This document shows, one piece after another, positions 49,596 through 59,580 of a stretch of DNA of 64,000 nt (position 1 is the first letter of the stretch; every line of letters begins with the position of its first letter). The notes under the pieces were generated by a model. It saw only the letters and a program-made list of their open reading frames with translations, had not been told where the DNA came from and did not search any database. Source of the stretch: an uncultured archaeon. Its GTDB lineage: Archaea; Asgardarchaeota; Lokiarchaeia; Sigyniarchaeales; SOKP01. The stretch spans positions 1-64,000 of the forward strand of contig CAZALK010000009.1 in the NCBI GenBank assembly GCA_964486045.1. Reading direction: 5' to 3'. The position numbers and the translations under genes are program-made.

Positions 49596-51332
49596 ATGGC
49601 AGTTAATCTGACAATACTAGTTATTACCCAACTATTACTATTCTCAGTGGGATTGTTCTATATAAAATGGCATATCAACTTGAATAGATGGGATAAACCA
49701 TTTTTTTCAGCATTAATTGTAAATGGAACTTGGTTTGTTATAGGTATGGTTGTGGGATTAACCATTTATTCATTGATTGGTCAAAATCTTTTCACCGACA
49801 TTCTCATAATAATTATCAATGCTTTTATTGGATTAGGTATCTTGATAAGTATTTACAAAAATAAATGGTTAAGATCTTTAGAAATTATAGGACTAGCTCA
49901 AATCTCTTTATTCATTACTACCATTTTTATAAATTTTCTTTTTGATATTATTGATATTTTTCTAATTGAAGGTAATGATAATTTGAATTATGCAAAATTT
50001 ACTTTTGTTCTATTTTTTCTGACTTTTCTCGGTATAACGGTATTTATATTAAGTTGGGGAGACAAAATTCAATTAGTAAAGTTAAGAAGAGTAGTCGTTA
50101 TTGTCAGTGTAATACCAGGGCTTCTCTATCTCATAGCAATGTTTATATCTCAGCAGGAAAGGTTTTTTGATAATTTTATTCCAAATTTAGTAATAAGTTT
50201 TACATTTTCAATTATAACAATGGTTGGAGCTAGAATAATCGCTTATAAAACAATACCAATTCAGGAACTCAGAGAACTCCATATTTTAGAAAAAGGAGAG
50301 TCTTTGTTAAAAGTTACAAACCTTAAAGTATATTATCCTCTACTTAAAGGGGTGCTTAAAAGGCAAATTGGAGCAGTAAAAGCGGTTGATGGTGTAACAT
50401 TTGAAATTAAAACAGGTGAAACATTAGGATTAGTTGGAGAAAGCGGATGCGGGAAAACGACTGTCGCTAACGCAATTTTAGGATTAATAGAAAAAGAAGA
50501 TGGAGAAATATTATATCATGAGGAATCCGTCCCGAACGAACTTACAAGTTATTTAAGGCAAAAAATTCAAATGGTTTTCCAAGATCCTGATGCATCTTTA
50601 AATCCACGTTTAAAAGTTACTGATATTATAGCAGAACCCCTCAAGAATTTACTTGGTATTACCAATAAACTGTCAATCAGAAGATATGTATTGAGATTGT
50701 TGAAACAGGTTTCATTAAAACGAGAACACATGGATCGTTACCCTCACGAGTTTTCAGGTGGACAAAAGCAAAGAATTATTATCGCAAGAGCACTTGCTTG
50801 TAATCCAGAATTAATCGTTCTTGATGAGCCGACATCAGCTCTAGATGTGTCTGTACAAGCACAAATTTTAAACCTAATTTTAGATTTACAGGAGGAATAT
50901 GGATACGGTTTTTTGTTTATAACACATAATTTATCCGTTGTGAATCATATTGCGGATAGAGTTGCTGTAATGTATCTCGGTAAGTTTGTTGAGATTGGGG
51001 AAACTGATCAAATTTTTTCAAATCCAGCTCATCCTTATACTCAAGCACTCCTAAAAAGTCGCTCTGAAATTGATCCTTTTGATCAAGATATTAAATATGT
51101 TATAGATGGCGAAGTTCCGAGCCCGATTGCTCCCCCACCAGGATGTACTTTTAATCCTCGATGTGTATCAGATAATCGAACACCAGAATGTGAAATTGAG
51201 ACTCCCCATCAAATAAAAATCGAGGAAGGTCATTATATCTGGTGCGTCAATCCACCAAAGGGAGTAGAGGACATAGAAGAAACTGAGTTATTTACTAGTA
51301 AAATTGAAGAAGAAGCTTATAGAAATCCATAA
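49596..51332 (+). CDS. DppF/OppF-like ATPase with a fused N-terminal multipass membrane domain (~215 aa)
   Basis: About 7 hydrophobic segments, then VKAVDGV, GESGCGKTT, YPHEFSGGQKQRI, LDEPTSALDVSVQAQ, HPYTQALL, PPPGCTFNPRC. Confidence 0.88.
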   Translation: MAVNLTILVITQLLLFSVGLFYIKWHINLNRWDKPFFSALIVNGTWFVIGMVVGLTIYSLIGQNLFTDILIIIINAFIGLGILISIYKNKWLRSLEIIGLAQISLFITTIFINFLFDIIDIFLIEGNDNLNYAKFTFVLFFLTFLGITVFILSWGDKIQLVKLRRVVVIVSVIPGLLYLIAMFISQQERFFDNFIPNLVISFTFSIITMVGARIIAYKTIPIQELRELHILEKGESLLKVTNLKVYYPLLKGVLKRQIGAVKAVDGVTFEIKTGETLGLVGESGCGKTTVANAILGLIEKEDGEILYHEESVPNELTSYLRQKIQMVFQDPDASLNPRLKVTDIIAEPLKNLLGITNKLSIRRYVLRLLKQVSLKREHMDRYPHEFSGGQKQRIIIARALACNPELIVLDEPTSALDVSVQAQILNLILDLQEEYGYGFLFITHNLSVVNHIADRVAVMYLGKFVEIGETDQIFSNPAHPYTQALLKSRSEIDPFDQDIKYVIDGEVPSPIAPPPGCTFNPRCVSDNRTPECEIETPHQIKIEEGHYIWCVNPPKGVEDIEETELFTSKIEEEAYRNP

Positions 51333-51503
51333 ATGCAATATTGTTTCCTTAGGTTATTCATTCAATCTCAATTAATTTATATGATTGCGTGGATGAGTTC
51401 CACAGATAAATATCTAAAGTCAAATTAAAAAATTTATTAATCAACTTAATATTTAAATCTATAATTTCAATAAAAACCAATTAGATAATAAAGAGGAATT
51501 TGT

Positions 51504-52418
51504 ATGCAATTTGGAACGCAGTTACTAAATTATTTTACTACATGGGAAGAGACTCTTTCAGCTATTAAGGTTATAGAGGCTGGACCGTGGCATAGTCTCT
51601 GGTTTTCAGATCATTTCCTCCCACCTTATCCAGGGAGAGGTCTGGAATCTGAGTCTGCTTTGGAGAGTTGGTCTATGGTGACCGCTACTGCTGCTGTCAC
51701 CAATCAATTACGATTAGGTATACTTGTAACAGGCAATACATATCGTAACCCGGCACTACTTGCTAAAATGGCTGCCACAGTGGACCAAATCTCGAATGGT
51801 CGGCTTATCCTCGGTGTTGGTGCTGGTTGGTTTCAACAAGAGCATGAAGCCTTCGGCTGGGAGTTTCCTGGTGTTAAGGAGAGATGTGATCGTCTAGAAG
51901 AGGCAGTAGAGTTGATCAAGATGCTGTTTACAGCTGATGGGCCAATCAATTATGATGGACAATATTATAAGCTTAAGAATGCATATTTTTCACCCTCTTG
52001 TACCCAGAAACCGCATCTTCCAATCATGGTTGGAGGAAATGGGGAGAAAAGGACCTTACGTACACTCGCTCGATTCGGTGATATTGCGAATATAGATATT
52101 AATCTCCCTGGATCTCCAGAACTATTTAGACATAAACTGGAAGTGATTGAGCGTCATTGTGAAGAATTTGGCAGGGATTCATCAGAAATCAAAAAAACAA
52201 TGGTGATTCCTTTACGAATTGAGAAAGATGAAAAAGAGGCTGAACAACTTCGCAAACGTCGTGGAAAATGGTTCTTATATGGTACAGTACCATTTATAAA
52301 TGACCGTATTCAACAATATATCGATGCTGGCGCCGAGGAGATCATATTTAGTGGTGTAGTATCTAAACCAGAGCTGTTCGAACAAATTAAAGAAGAAATT
52401 TTATCTGTCTTCAGCTGA
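51504..52418 (+). CDS. LLM-class (luciferase-like) probable F420-dependent oxidoreductase, copy 1
   Basis: SLWFSDHF, LRLGILVTGNTYRNPALLAKMAATVDQISNGRLILGVGAGW, PIMVGGNGEKRTLR. Confidence 0.9.
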   Translation: MQFGTQLLNYFTTWEETLSAIKVIEAGPWHSLWFSDHFLPPYPGRGLESESALESWSMVTATAAVTNQLRLGILVTGNTYRNPALLAKMAATVDQISNGRLILGVGAGWFQQEHEAFGWEFPGVKERCDRLEEAVELIKMLFTADGPINYDGQYYKLKNAYFSPSCTQKPHLPIMVGGNGEKRTLRTLARFGDIANIDINLPGSPELFRHKLEVIERHCEEFGRDSSEIKKTMVIPLRIEKDEKEAEQLRKRRGKWFLYGTVPFINDRIQQYIDAGAEEIIFSGVVSKPELFEQIKEEILSVFS

Positions 52419-52575
52419 CCTTCTTGACTAACAGACGTAATCTTAATTAGATCTGTTAAAAGAAAAAGCAAGATTTGCATTAAAATAAGTCTTTTACATT
52501 TTTTCGATCCGACACAGAAGGGCTATTGTCGAAACTGAAGCTGTTATTGGATCCTTAGGACCATTGTCGGTGATT
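52419..52575 (+). other. Conserved, potentially structured non-coding element, copy 1
   Basis: About 12 mismatches in 157 nt versus 53716-53872. Inverted repeats TAACAGA/TCTGTTA and CCGACA/TGTCGG. Confidence 0.5.
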
Positions 52576-52800
52576 TGATTAAAACTGGAATAATCTTATA
52601 ATATAGATTTATAAATTTCTAATCCTTATACTTTTAATAATATTGTGAACCAAAATTCAAATCATTTTATCCATCACTTTTAATGGAAAATTCTCTCAGC
52701 AAGATACGCTATCTGAGTCTTATGATAAATTTAATAATCAGCTTAACATTTCATTTTATAATTGTTATAAAAACCAATTAGATATTAAAGAGGAATATGT

Positions 52801-53715
52801 ATGCAATTTGGAGCACAGTTAGTTAATTATTTTACCACATGGGAAGAATCGCTTCCAACGATTAAGTTTATAGAAGCAGGTCCTTGGTACAGTCTCTGGT
52901 TCTCAGATCATTTCCTACCACCAGTTCCAGGGGCAGGTCTGGAATCTGGAGCCTCTTTGGAAAGCTGGTCTATGATCACCGCTACCGCTGCTGTCACAGA
53001 GCGATTACGATTGGGTGTACTTGTCACAGGCAATACTTATCGTAATCCGGCACTACTTGCTAAAATGGCTTCCACTGTAGACCAAATCTCTAATGGTCGA
53101 TTTATTCTTGGTATTGGTGCGGCTTGGTTTCAACAGGAACATGAAGCTTTTGGTTGGGAGTTTCCGAGCATCAAGGAAAGATGTGATCGTCTAGAGGAGG
53201 CAGTTGAGTTGATCAAGATATTATTTACAGCAGAAGGACCTATTGACTACAACGGGCTTTATTACAAGCTTGATAAAGCTTATTTTTCCCCAGCCTGCAC
53301 ACAGAAACCGCACCTTCCAATTATGGTTGGTGGAAATGGGGAGAAAAGGACATTACGCACTCTCGTCAGATTCGGTGACATTGCGAATATTGATTTTGGT
53401 CACCCTGGATCTCCCGAAATATTTAAGCATAAAATGGAAGTGATTGAGCGTCATTGTGAAGAGTTTGGTCGCGATCCTTCTGAAATCAAAAAAACAATGG
53501 TGATTCCTTTACGAATTGAAAACGATGAGAAGAAAGCCGCCCAACTCCGTAAAAGTCGAGGTGAATGGGTATTATATGGTACGATACCATTTATAATTGA
53601 CCGAGTTCAGCAATATATCGATGCTGGTGCTGAGGAAATCATATTTGGTGGCGTACCATCCAAACCAAAACTGTTCGAGCAAATTCAAGAAGAGATTCTA
53701 TCTGCTTTCAGCTGA
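52801..53715 (+). CDS. LLM-class probable F420-dependent oxidoreductase, copy 2
   Basis: Same motifs as copy 1; ~83% aa identity over the first 128 residues by manual count. Confidence 0.9.
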   Translation: MQFGAQLVNYFTTWEESLPTIKFIEAGPWYSLWFSDHFLPPVPGAGLESGASLESWSMITATAAVTERLRLGVLVTGNTYRNPALLAKMASTVDQISNGRFILGIGAAWFQQEHEAFGWEFPSIKERCDRLEEAVELIKILFTAEGPIDYNGLYYKLDKAYFSPACTQKPHLPIMVGGNGEKRTLRTLVRFGDIANIDFGHPGSPEIFKHKMEVIERHCEEFGRDPSEIKKTMVIPLRIENDEKKAAQLRKSRGEWVLYGTIPFIIDRVQQYIDAGAEEIIFGGVPSKPKLFEQIQEEILSAFS

Positions 53716-53872
53716 CCTTCTTAACCAACAGACGTAATCTCAATTATATCTGTTAAAAGAAAAAGTAAGATTTACATTAAAATAAGCCTTTTACATTTTT
53801 TTGATCCGACACAGAAGAGCTTTTGTCGAGACTGAAGCTGTTATTTGATCCTTAGGACCATTGTCGGTGATT
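53716..53872 (+). other. Conserved, potentially structured non-coding element, copy 2
   Basis: Near-identical to 52419-52575, with the stems retained. It lies between LLM copy 2 and the glycyl-radical enzyme gene. Confidence 0.5.
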
Positions 53873-53977
53873 AGTTTAATATTCTTATAATATAAATTTA
53901 AAAATTTCAAATCCTTATAGTATATAATAGAAAATTTTTATACCATATCAAAGAATCTAGAAAATAGGTTTCATAAA

Positions 53978-56434
53978 ATGGTGCAGATTGTAGAGAAAAC
54001 AGAAACTCTGTTAGAAAGGGTGTTAACTGTCCAACCAACTCAGAGAGTTGAGAGGCAGAGGCAACGCTATTTAGACCGGAAGCTTGTGTACTCAATTGAT
54101 AGAGATCGTATTGAAGCAAGGGTTATGAAGGAAACAGAAGGCGAACCCATGGTAACCCGCAAAGCGAAGCTCTTTGCAGCCGTAGTAAGGGAGTTGCCGA
54201 TCGACATCTATCCGGATGAACTTATAGTAGGTTGGTATGATCCTGTGCCTAACAACTGCCCGCTTCCTGTGAAGTGCGACCCCATGCTAGAGGCTAATCT
54301 TGATATTATTAGCAGCAGGGACCGCAATCCAATTTTCATTACTGAAGAACAGAAGCGAGAGTTAAGAGAGGAAATTATTCCGTACTGGAGGGGGGAAGGT
54401 AATTGGGAAAAAACACGACGTAGCCCTACTCATTACGACCCAGTTCCTGTTGGTTTTCCTCCTGAATTATGGTATTCTATCCAATCAGGGATGGGATCCT
54501 TCCATGTTGGCCACATTATTACTAATCATGAAAAAGTGCTGAAAAAGGGATTTTTGGGAATAAAGAAGGATGCTGAAGAGAGATTGAGTAGGATCGATCA
54601 AGCCAATCCTGAGGAGGTGAAAAAGATTCCCTTCCTTGAGGGTGTAATTATGGCTATGGAGACAGCAGCCGAGATAGGGAAAAGGTTTGCTGCTAGGGCA
54701 AATGAATTAGCCGAGGAAGAAGTTGATGGCACAAGGAGAGCGGAATTACTCAAAATAGCTGAAATGTGCAATTGGGTGCCAGCAAATCCGGCGAGAACAT
54801 TCTACGAAGCAATACAATCAATCTGGTTTACCCATATTCTCCATTGGTGGGAAACCCGTGATACCGCTTCCATAAGTCCAGGGAGAATTGACCAGCTTCT
54901 GTATCCTTATTTCGAAGCTGATATAAGAGAAGAGAGAATAACCAAAGGAAAGGCTCAGGAACTCATTGATTGCTTCCTTCTAAGGCCTTCATGGTTTCTT
55001 TATAGTGTAAACTCCCTAAATGGATATCTTCTTGTGAATACTGCCGGAATTGCTCAGCATGTTGATGTAGGTGGTCTTAGAGCAGATGGAACTGATGCTA
55101 CTAATGAGCTGTCATACATGATTCTCGAGGGTATGATGCATACCAGGTTAGTAGAGCCTGACCTAGGTGTCTTGGTCCATAGTAGAACGCCTGAAGACCT
55201 CCTAATTAAAGCCTGCCAGCTCTGTGCGCTAGGAACTGGTCATCCAATATTTCTCAATAATGATAATCTCGTGGTTAACCTCCTTGGTCGAGGGAATTTA
55301 GGCGGCGGGCCACCGATAACGCTGGAGATTGCCAGAAAGGCTAGTGCAATGGGGTGCAACGAGCCATCGTTGGTCGGTATGGATTCTGGGTATACAACCT
55401 CAGTCCATTTCCAAAATCTCCCGGGAATCGTAGAAGCGGTGCTGTCTAATGGCCGGAAGGGATTTCCCGGAGGATTATTAGGAGCGCAAACAGGGGATCC
55501 CCGGAAATTCAAATCCTTTGAAGAACTGCAGGAGGCATATAGAAAGCAACTAGCATGGGCGTTTGAAAGGGAGACAATTGGCTCTAACATTGGTGAGAGA
55601 CTAATGGCCGAGTTCGACCCAACTGTTTTCCAATCAGCACTTATAGAGGACTGCATTGAAAAAGGGATATGTAGGGAAGCAGGTGGAGCTCGTTATAATT
55701 TCGGTCCGTTTGTCGGGGGAAATGGGGCTCCTGATGCTGGCGATTCCTTGACCGCCATTAAGAAGCTTGTTTTTGAGGAAAAAAAGATTACTATGGATCA
55801 GCTGTGCGACGCTTTGGAGAAGAATTTTGAAGGTTATGACGACCTACGCCAAATGTTGTTAAATGTACCCAAGTTTGGAAACGACGATGACTATACTGAT
55901 GAACAAACAGTGTGGGTAATGCACACCTTCTGTCAGGAGGCGATAAAGCTTAAAAATACACGTGGTGGTCACAAGATCCCGGTACTCATCCCCCTCAGTA
56001 GCTATGTCAGGGCTGGTCAGGTAGTGGGAGCACTTCCTTCTGGAAGATTAGCCGGAGAACCACTATCAGATTCAATCGCACCCACTCAAGGTAGCGATGT
56101 TAGTGGTCTCACATCGGTTCTCAAGTCCGTAGGTAAGGTCGACCACGCTGAGGTTTTCGCTGGAATAACATTCAACACGAGGCTGGATCCGCTGATTTTC
56201 AAGGATGAATATGGTTTCAAAATGATGTCAGATCTAATAAGAACCTTTGTCGACCAGAAGATACATCAAATCCAGTTTAATATAATTTCCTCAGATACGT
56301 TGAAGGCGGCCCAGAAAGAGCCCGATAAATATAAAGACTTAATGGTGAGGGTAGCTGGGTATGTCGCTCGCTTTGTTGAGCTACCTAAGTCAGTTCAAGA
56401 TACTATCATTGCTCGAACGGTATACGGATTATAG
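53978..56434 (+). CDS. Glycyl-radical enzyme (PFL2/eliminase-like GRE), substrate unknown
   Basis: IYPDELIVG, PARTFYEAIQ..WF, SPGRIDQLLYP, DATNELSY, GCNEP (thiyl Cys loop), PKFGNDD, LPSGRLAGEPLSD, and the glycyl loop LMVRVAGY. Confidence 0.93.
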   Translation: MVQIVEKTETLLERVLTVQPTQRVERQRQRYLDRKLVYSIDRDRIEARVMKETEGEPMVTRKAKLFAAVVRELPIDIYPDELIVGWYDPVPNNCPLPVKCDPMLEANLDIISSRDRNPIFITEEQKRELREEIIPYWRGEGNWEKTRRSPTHYDPVPVGFPPELWYSIQSGMGSFHVGHIITNHEKVLKKGFLGIKKDAEERLSRIDQANPEEVKKIPFLEGVIMAMETAAEIGKRFAARANELAEEEVDGTRRAELLKIAEMCNWVPANPARTFYEAIQSIWFTHILHWWETRDTASISPGRIDQLLYPYFEADIREERITKGKAQELIDCFLLRPSWFLYSVNSLNGYLLVNTAGIAQHVDVGGLRADGTDATNELSYMILEGMMHTRLVEPDLGVLVHSRTPEDLLIKACQLCALGTGHPIFLNNDNLVVNLLGRGNLGGGPPITLEIARKASAMGCNEPSLVGMDSGYTTSVHFQNLPGIVEAVLSNGRKGFPGGLLGAQTGDPRKFKSFEELQEAYRKQLAWAFERETIGSNIGERLMAEFDPTVFQSALIEDCIEKGICREAGGARYNFGPFVGGNGAPDAGDSLTAIKKLVFEEKKITMDQLCDALEKNFEGYDDLRQMLLNVPKFGNDDDYTDEQTVWVMHTFCQEAIKLKNTRGGHKIPVLIPLSSYVRAGQVVGALPSGRLAGEPLSDSIAPTQGSDVSGLTSVLKSVGKVDHAEVFAGITFNTRLDPLIFKDEYGFKMMSDLIRTFVDQKIHQIQFNIISSDTLKAAQKEPDKYKDLMVRVAGYVARFVELPKSVQDTIIARTVYGL

Positions 56435-56560
56435 ACAACCAAGTGCCATGGATATATTACAAGTTGATTATATTCAACTCTAAAGTAGCACTGTACAACT
56501 CTAATATCTAATCCTTTACTTAACAAATAAATCTAAATTGGGTAGTTTTAAATAATGCAG

Positions 56561-57571
56561 CTAGTCCCTTTGAATTAATTTTATCAAGGTGTTACCGTTA
56601 TTTTCACGAGCATCAAAGCAAGCAAAGGCAGGGTCGTTCTCGAGTTTACCACTAAGTACTACGGGCATGCCTCGATATATCATGGTTGCAGCTTCTTTCT
56701 CCAGATCAGTTACTGTAAAGGTCATTTCAGCGACACCTTCGCCCCTACTATCTAGAGATTCCTGATATATTGAAATTCCTTCAAGGGGTTGAATGAATTC
56801 AAAAGCCACTGGACCTACATGACCAATCCTTGCTCTCGTCTTGAAATTTAATTCCATAGTTTCACTAGGCACGTTGATTGGGTCAAGAAGGTTGCTATCA
56901 AGTTCGCTTTCGTTTTGAAAATCGATTATATCTAGGCTCTCGTAGTACTCAACCGCTTTATCAAGATTCCTTACACCAATACCAATTCCTTGGAATTTCC
57001 AATCTTTTAGATTTGGATGCGAACGATTGTGATCTATCCATGCTTTTTCATGCTTGCGTAGAGGAGGTCTGAATGATATGTCCACGTTACCATACTTGCG
57101 AGTGTCAAGGTGATTTTCCATAATAAGATCACCTTGGGTGAAACTCGACATTTCCTCGCAACCTTTTTCCAGCAGTTTGTCTGTCTCTGCGTTGATATCT
57201 GGGACGTTGAAACAAAGGTGGGTAATACCTTCAAATGGGATATCCCTAGATTGCCCAATCTCAAGTAGTAGATCCCCAACTTGGCAATCTTTATCTATAA
57301 ATTTGTATAACTCTTTTCTTTTTCGTTCGGATTCCACCTTAATAGGTTTTCCCGGCCCGGAGCCACCATTTGTCCTTAGAACTTCTTTATTAACGTAGAA
57401 CTTGGGGATTTCATTCTCTTCCCAATATGGGGGGTTCACTTGGTAATCCAAACCCATTACTTGAGGGCCAACGCTCACCCCCATTCTTGTATTTTGATAA
57501 TAATGCAAGCCGTCATTCCAGTCTCTAAAAACGAGACAAACATGATGCAATTCCCAGTCATTTTTCAACAT
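56561..57571 (-). CDS. Tandem VOC/glyoxalase-domain protein (methylmalonyl-CoA epimerase-like fold)
   Basis: LHHVCLV...GITHLCFNVPDI and FQGIGIGVRNLDKAVEYYE...FEFIQPLEG.SIY...LDSRGEGV. Confidence 0.8.
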   Translation of the reverse strand: MLKNDWELHHVCLVFRDWNDGLHYYQNTRMGVSVGPQVMGLDYQVNPPYWEENEIPKFYVNKEVLRTNGGSGPGKPIKVESERKRKELYKFIDKDCQVGDLLLEIGQSRDIPFEGITHLCFNVPDINAETDKLLEKGCEEMSSFTQGDLIMENHLDTRKYGNVDISFRPPLRKHEKAWIDHNRSHPNLKDWKFQGIGIGVRNLDKAVEYYESLDIIDFQNESELDSNLLDPINVPSETMELNFKTRARIGHVGPVAFEFIQPLEGISIYQESLDSRGEGVAEMTFTVTDLEKEAATMIYRGMPVVLSGKLENDPAFACFDARENNGNTLIKLIQRD

Positions 57572-57891
57572 TTTATTCTACACCTTTTTTGATCAAATAT
57601 TAATTGTTTAAGCTTTCCTAAAGAATCAAATGAAGAAATTTAAAAAAGGTTTTACTTATGCTTCCAGCTAAATTAATAAAAAAATTGATAAAAAAAACAG
57701 TAAAAAACTTACACAAACATGGATAGCTGGTGAATATTGCTTAGACTAAAATAAAAGCTTTCTTAAAAAAGAAAGAATCGTAAACCAGAAGGATAACTAT
57801 TCATATCGATATTCGAAGTTGTTAAATACAATAAAACTTAATTACATTTAATTTCTAAAAAAACAATTTTTTTGAATATAGAAACTCAAAA

Positions 57892-58659
57892 GTGAAACAA
57901 ATGGGAGTATTAGATGGGAAAGTGACTTTAATAACTGGTGGCTCCAGTGGTATTGGTAAATGTATCGCTCTAACATACGCCGAAGCAGGGGCTAATGTTG
58001 TAATTGCTAGTCGTAAACAAGAAAATCTAGATAAAGTTGCTACAAAAATCAAAGCACTTGGTAGAGAATCTCTTGCTATCGCCACTGATGTTCGGAAACC
58101 GGAACAAGTAGATAATATGGTCAAGCAAACAGTAGATCATTTTGGACAGCTTGATATAATGGTCAACAACGCAGGCCGTGGGATACCGACTCAACCACTA
58201 GAAATTTCGATTGAAGAATGGAATCATGTCATTGCTCTCAATCTTACTGGCGTTTTTCTTGGCTGTATCGCTGCTGGTAAGGTAATGATTGAACAGAAAC
58301 AGGGAAAGATTATCAATATTGCTTCAACAGCTGGAGTTAAAGGTGATCCAGGAATGATTCATTATTCAGTAGCAAAAGCAGGTGTTATCATGGTAACCAA
58401 TACTTTAGCTGCTTCATGGGCTGAACATAACATTAATGTGAATTGTATTGCTCCTGGTTTGACGGCTACCGAAGGAGTAATAAAGTGGGGAATTTTACCT
58501 CCTGATAAAAATGAAGATGGTACACCAATACCTCGATTATTACGTCCTCCGGTTCCCAAAAATATCGCAGATTTGGCTTTATTTCTTGCTTCATCAGCAT
58601 CAGATCAAATAACCGGTGAACTACTAATTATAAGAGGTCATTTTCCTTGGGACCGTTAA
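57892..58659 (+). CDS. Short-chain dehydrogenase/reductase (FabG-like)
   Basis: TGGSSGIG, NNAG, IINIAS, YSVAK (YxxxK), VNCIAPG. The start may be ATG 57901. Confidence 0.92.
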   Translation: MKQMGVLDGKVTLITGGSSGIGKCIALTYAEAGANVVIASRKQENLDKVATKIKALGRESLAIATDVRKPEQVDNMVKQTVDHFGQLDIMVNNAGRGIPTQPLEISIEEWNHVIALNLTGVFLGCIAAGKVMIEQKQGKIINIASTAGVKGDPGMIHYSVAKAGVIMVTNTLAASWAEHNINVNCIAPGLTATEGVIKWGILPPDKNEDGTPIPRLLRPPVPKNIADLALFLASSASDQITGELLIIRGHFPWDR

Positions 58660-58746
58660 CCTCAATGTATTTTCATTCCCATTCGTTTTTGTTTAGTTTT
58701 TTCATGAAATTTTTATGAAATTACAAAAATAAAGGATGTGTAAAAA

Positions 58747-59544
58747 ATGGATTATAAATATATAATTGTTGAAAAAAAAGACCATATTACAATTGTTCGC
58801 CTGAATAGGCCAGAAGTAAGGAATGCAATTAACCCATATGTAAGCATCGAGTTAGAAGATGCTTTTGATGAGTTTGAAAATGATTCAAATGCGTGGGTTG
58901 CCATCGTAACAGGAGTAGGTGATAAAGCCTTTTCTGCAGGATTTGATTTAAAATGGGGTGCTACTGCGAGTCTCGAAGAACAGAGAGAAGCTTTTGGTAA
59001 ACTTAAATTCAAAGCTGTTACTGGAGGTTTAACCTTTAATCCAAATATTACAAAACCAGTTATCGCTGCTGTAAATGGTTTTGCCTTTGGTGGAGGATTC
59101 GAACTTGCATTAGGCTGTGATCTTATCATTGCCGCTGAACATGCTACTTTTTCATTGCCTGAACCACTAGTAGGGCGTGTTCCTACTGAAGGAGGTGTTC
59201 ATAGATTATCAAGACAAATTCCTTATCACCTGGCAATGGAAATTCTCTTTACGTATAAACGTATTTCGGCTCAAGAAGGAGTAAAATATGGTTTTGTAAA
59301 TAAAGTTGTTCCATTAGACCAATTAATGGCTGAAGCAGAGAAAATGGCACATGTTATCATGGGAGGCTCACCATTAGCTATTCGAGCAATAAAACAAATG
59401 GCAAATGATGGACTGGAAATGACATTGAGAAAAGCTTATTCTACTACCTTCCCTATATACCGAGAATTTACTCGGTCTCAAGATTTCATTGAAGGTCCAA
59501 GAGCTTTTTCAGAAAAAAGAAAACCTGTTTGGAAAGGTGGTTAA
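58747..59544 (+). CDS. Enoyl-CoA hydratase family (CaiD-like), copy 1
   Basis: LNRPEVRNA, AFSAGFDLK, KPVIAAVNGFAFGGGFELAL, LPEP.VG, EGPRAFSEKRKPVWKG. Confidence 0.92.
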   Translation: MDYKYIIVEKKDHITIVRLNRPEVRNAINPYVSIELEDAFDEFENDSNAWVAIVTGVGDKAFSAGFDLKWGATASLEEQREAFGKLKFKAVTGGLTFNPNITKPVIAAVNGFAFGGGFELALGCDLIIAAEHATFSLPEPLVGRVPTEGGVHRLSRQIPYHLAMEILFTYKRISAQEGVKYGFVNKVVPLDQLMAEAEKMAHVIMGGSPLAIRAIKQMANDGLEMTLRKAYSTTFPIYREFTRSQDFIEGPRAFSEKRKPVWKGG

Positions 59545-59580
59545 ATTAAATAGAAATTAATAATATGGAATTGAAATATT

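Larger units (their letters stand above)
51431..53918 (+). repeat. Tandem duplication, period 1,297 bp (copy 1 ~51431-52630, copy 2 ~52728-53918), covering the upstream region, LLM gene and 3' element
   Basis: Shared upstream sequence (aaaaaccaattagata.taaagaggaat.tgtATG), paralogous ORFs and a near-identical downstream ~157 nt. Confidence 0.9.

Noticed and set aside
52419-52575. Duplicated 3' element as a SECIS
   Set aside because: Neither adjacent gene has an in-frame TGA at a Cys position, and I could not identify the SECIS core geometry.
52496-52578. Reverse-frame ITDNG peptide as an integrase/transposase remnant
   Set aside because: Only a 4-5 residue resemblance, with no other DDE motif or terminal repeats; insufficient to call.
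53978-56434. Annotation as pyruvate formate-lyase (pflB)
   Set aside because: It has a single-Cys GCNE loop rather than the adjacent Cys-Cys pair of PFL.
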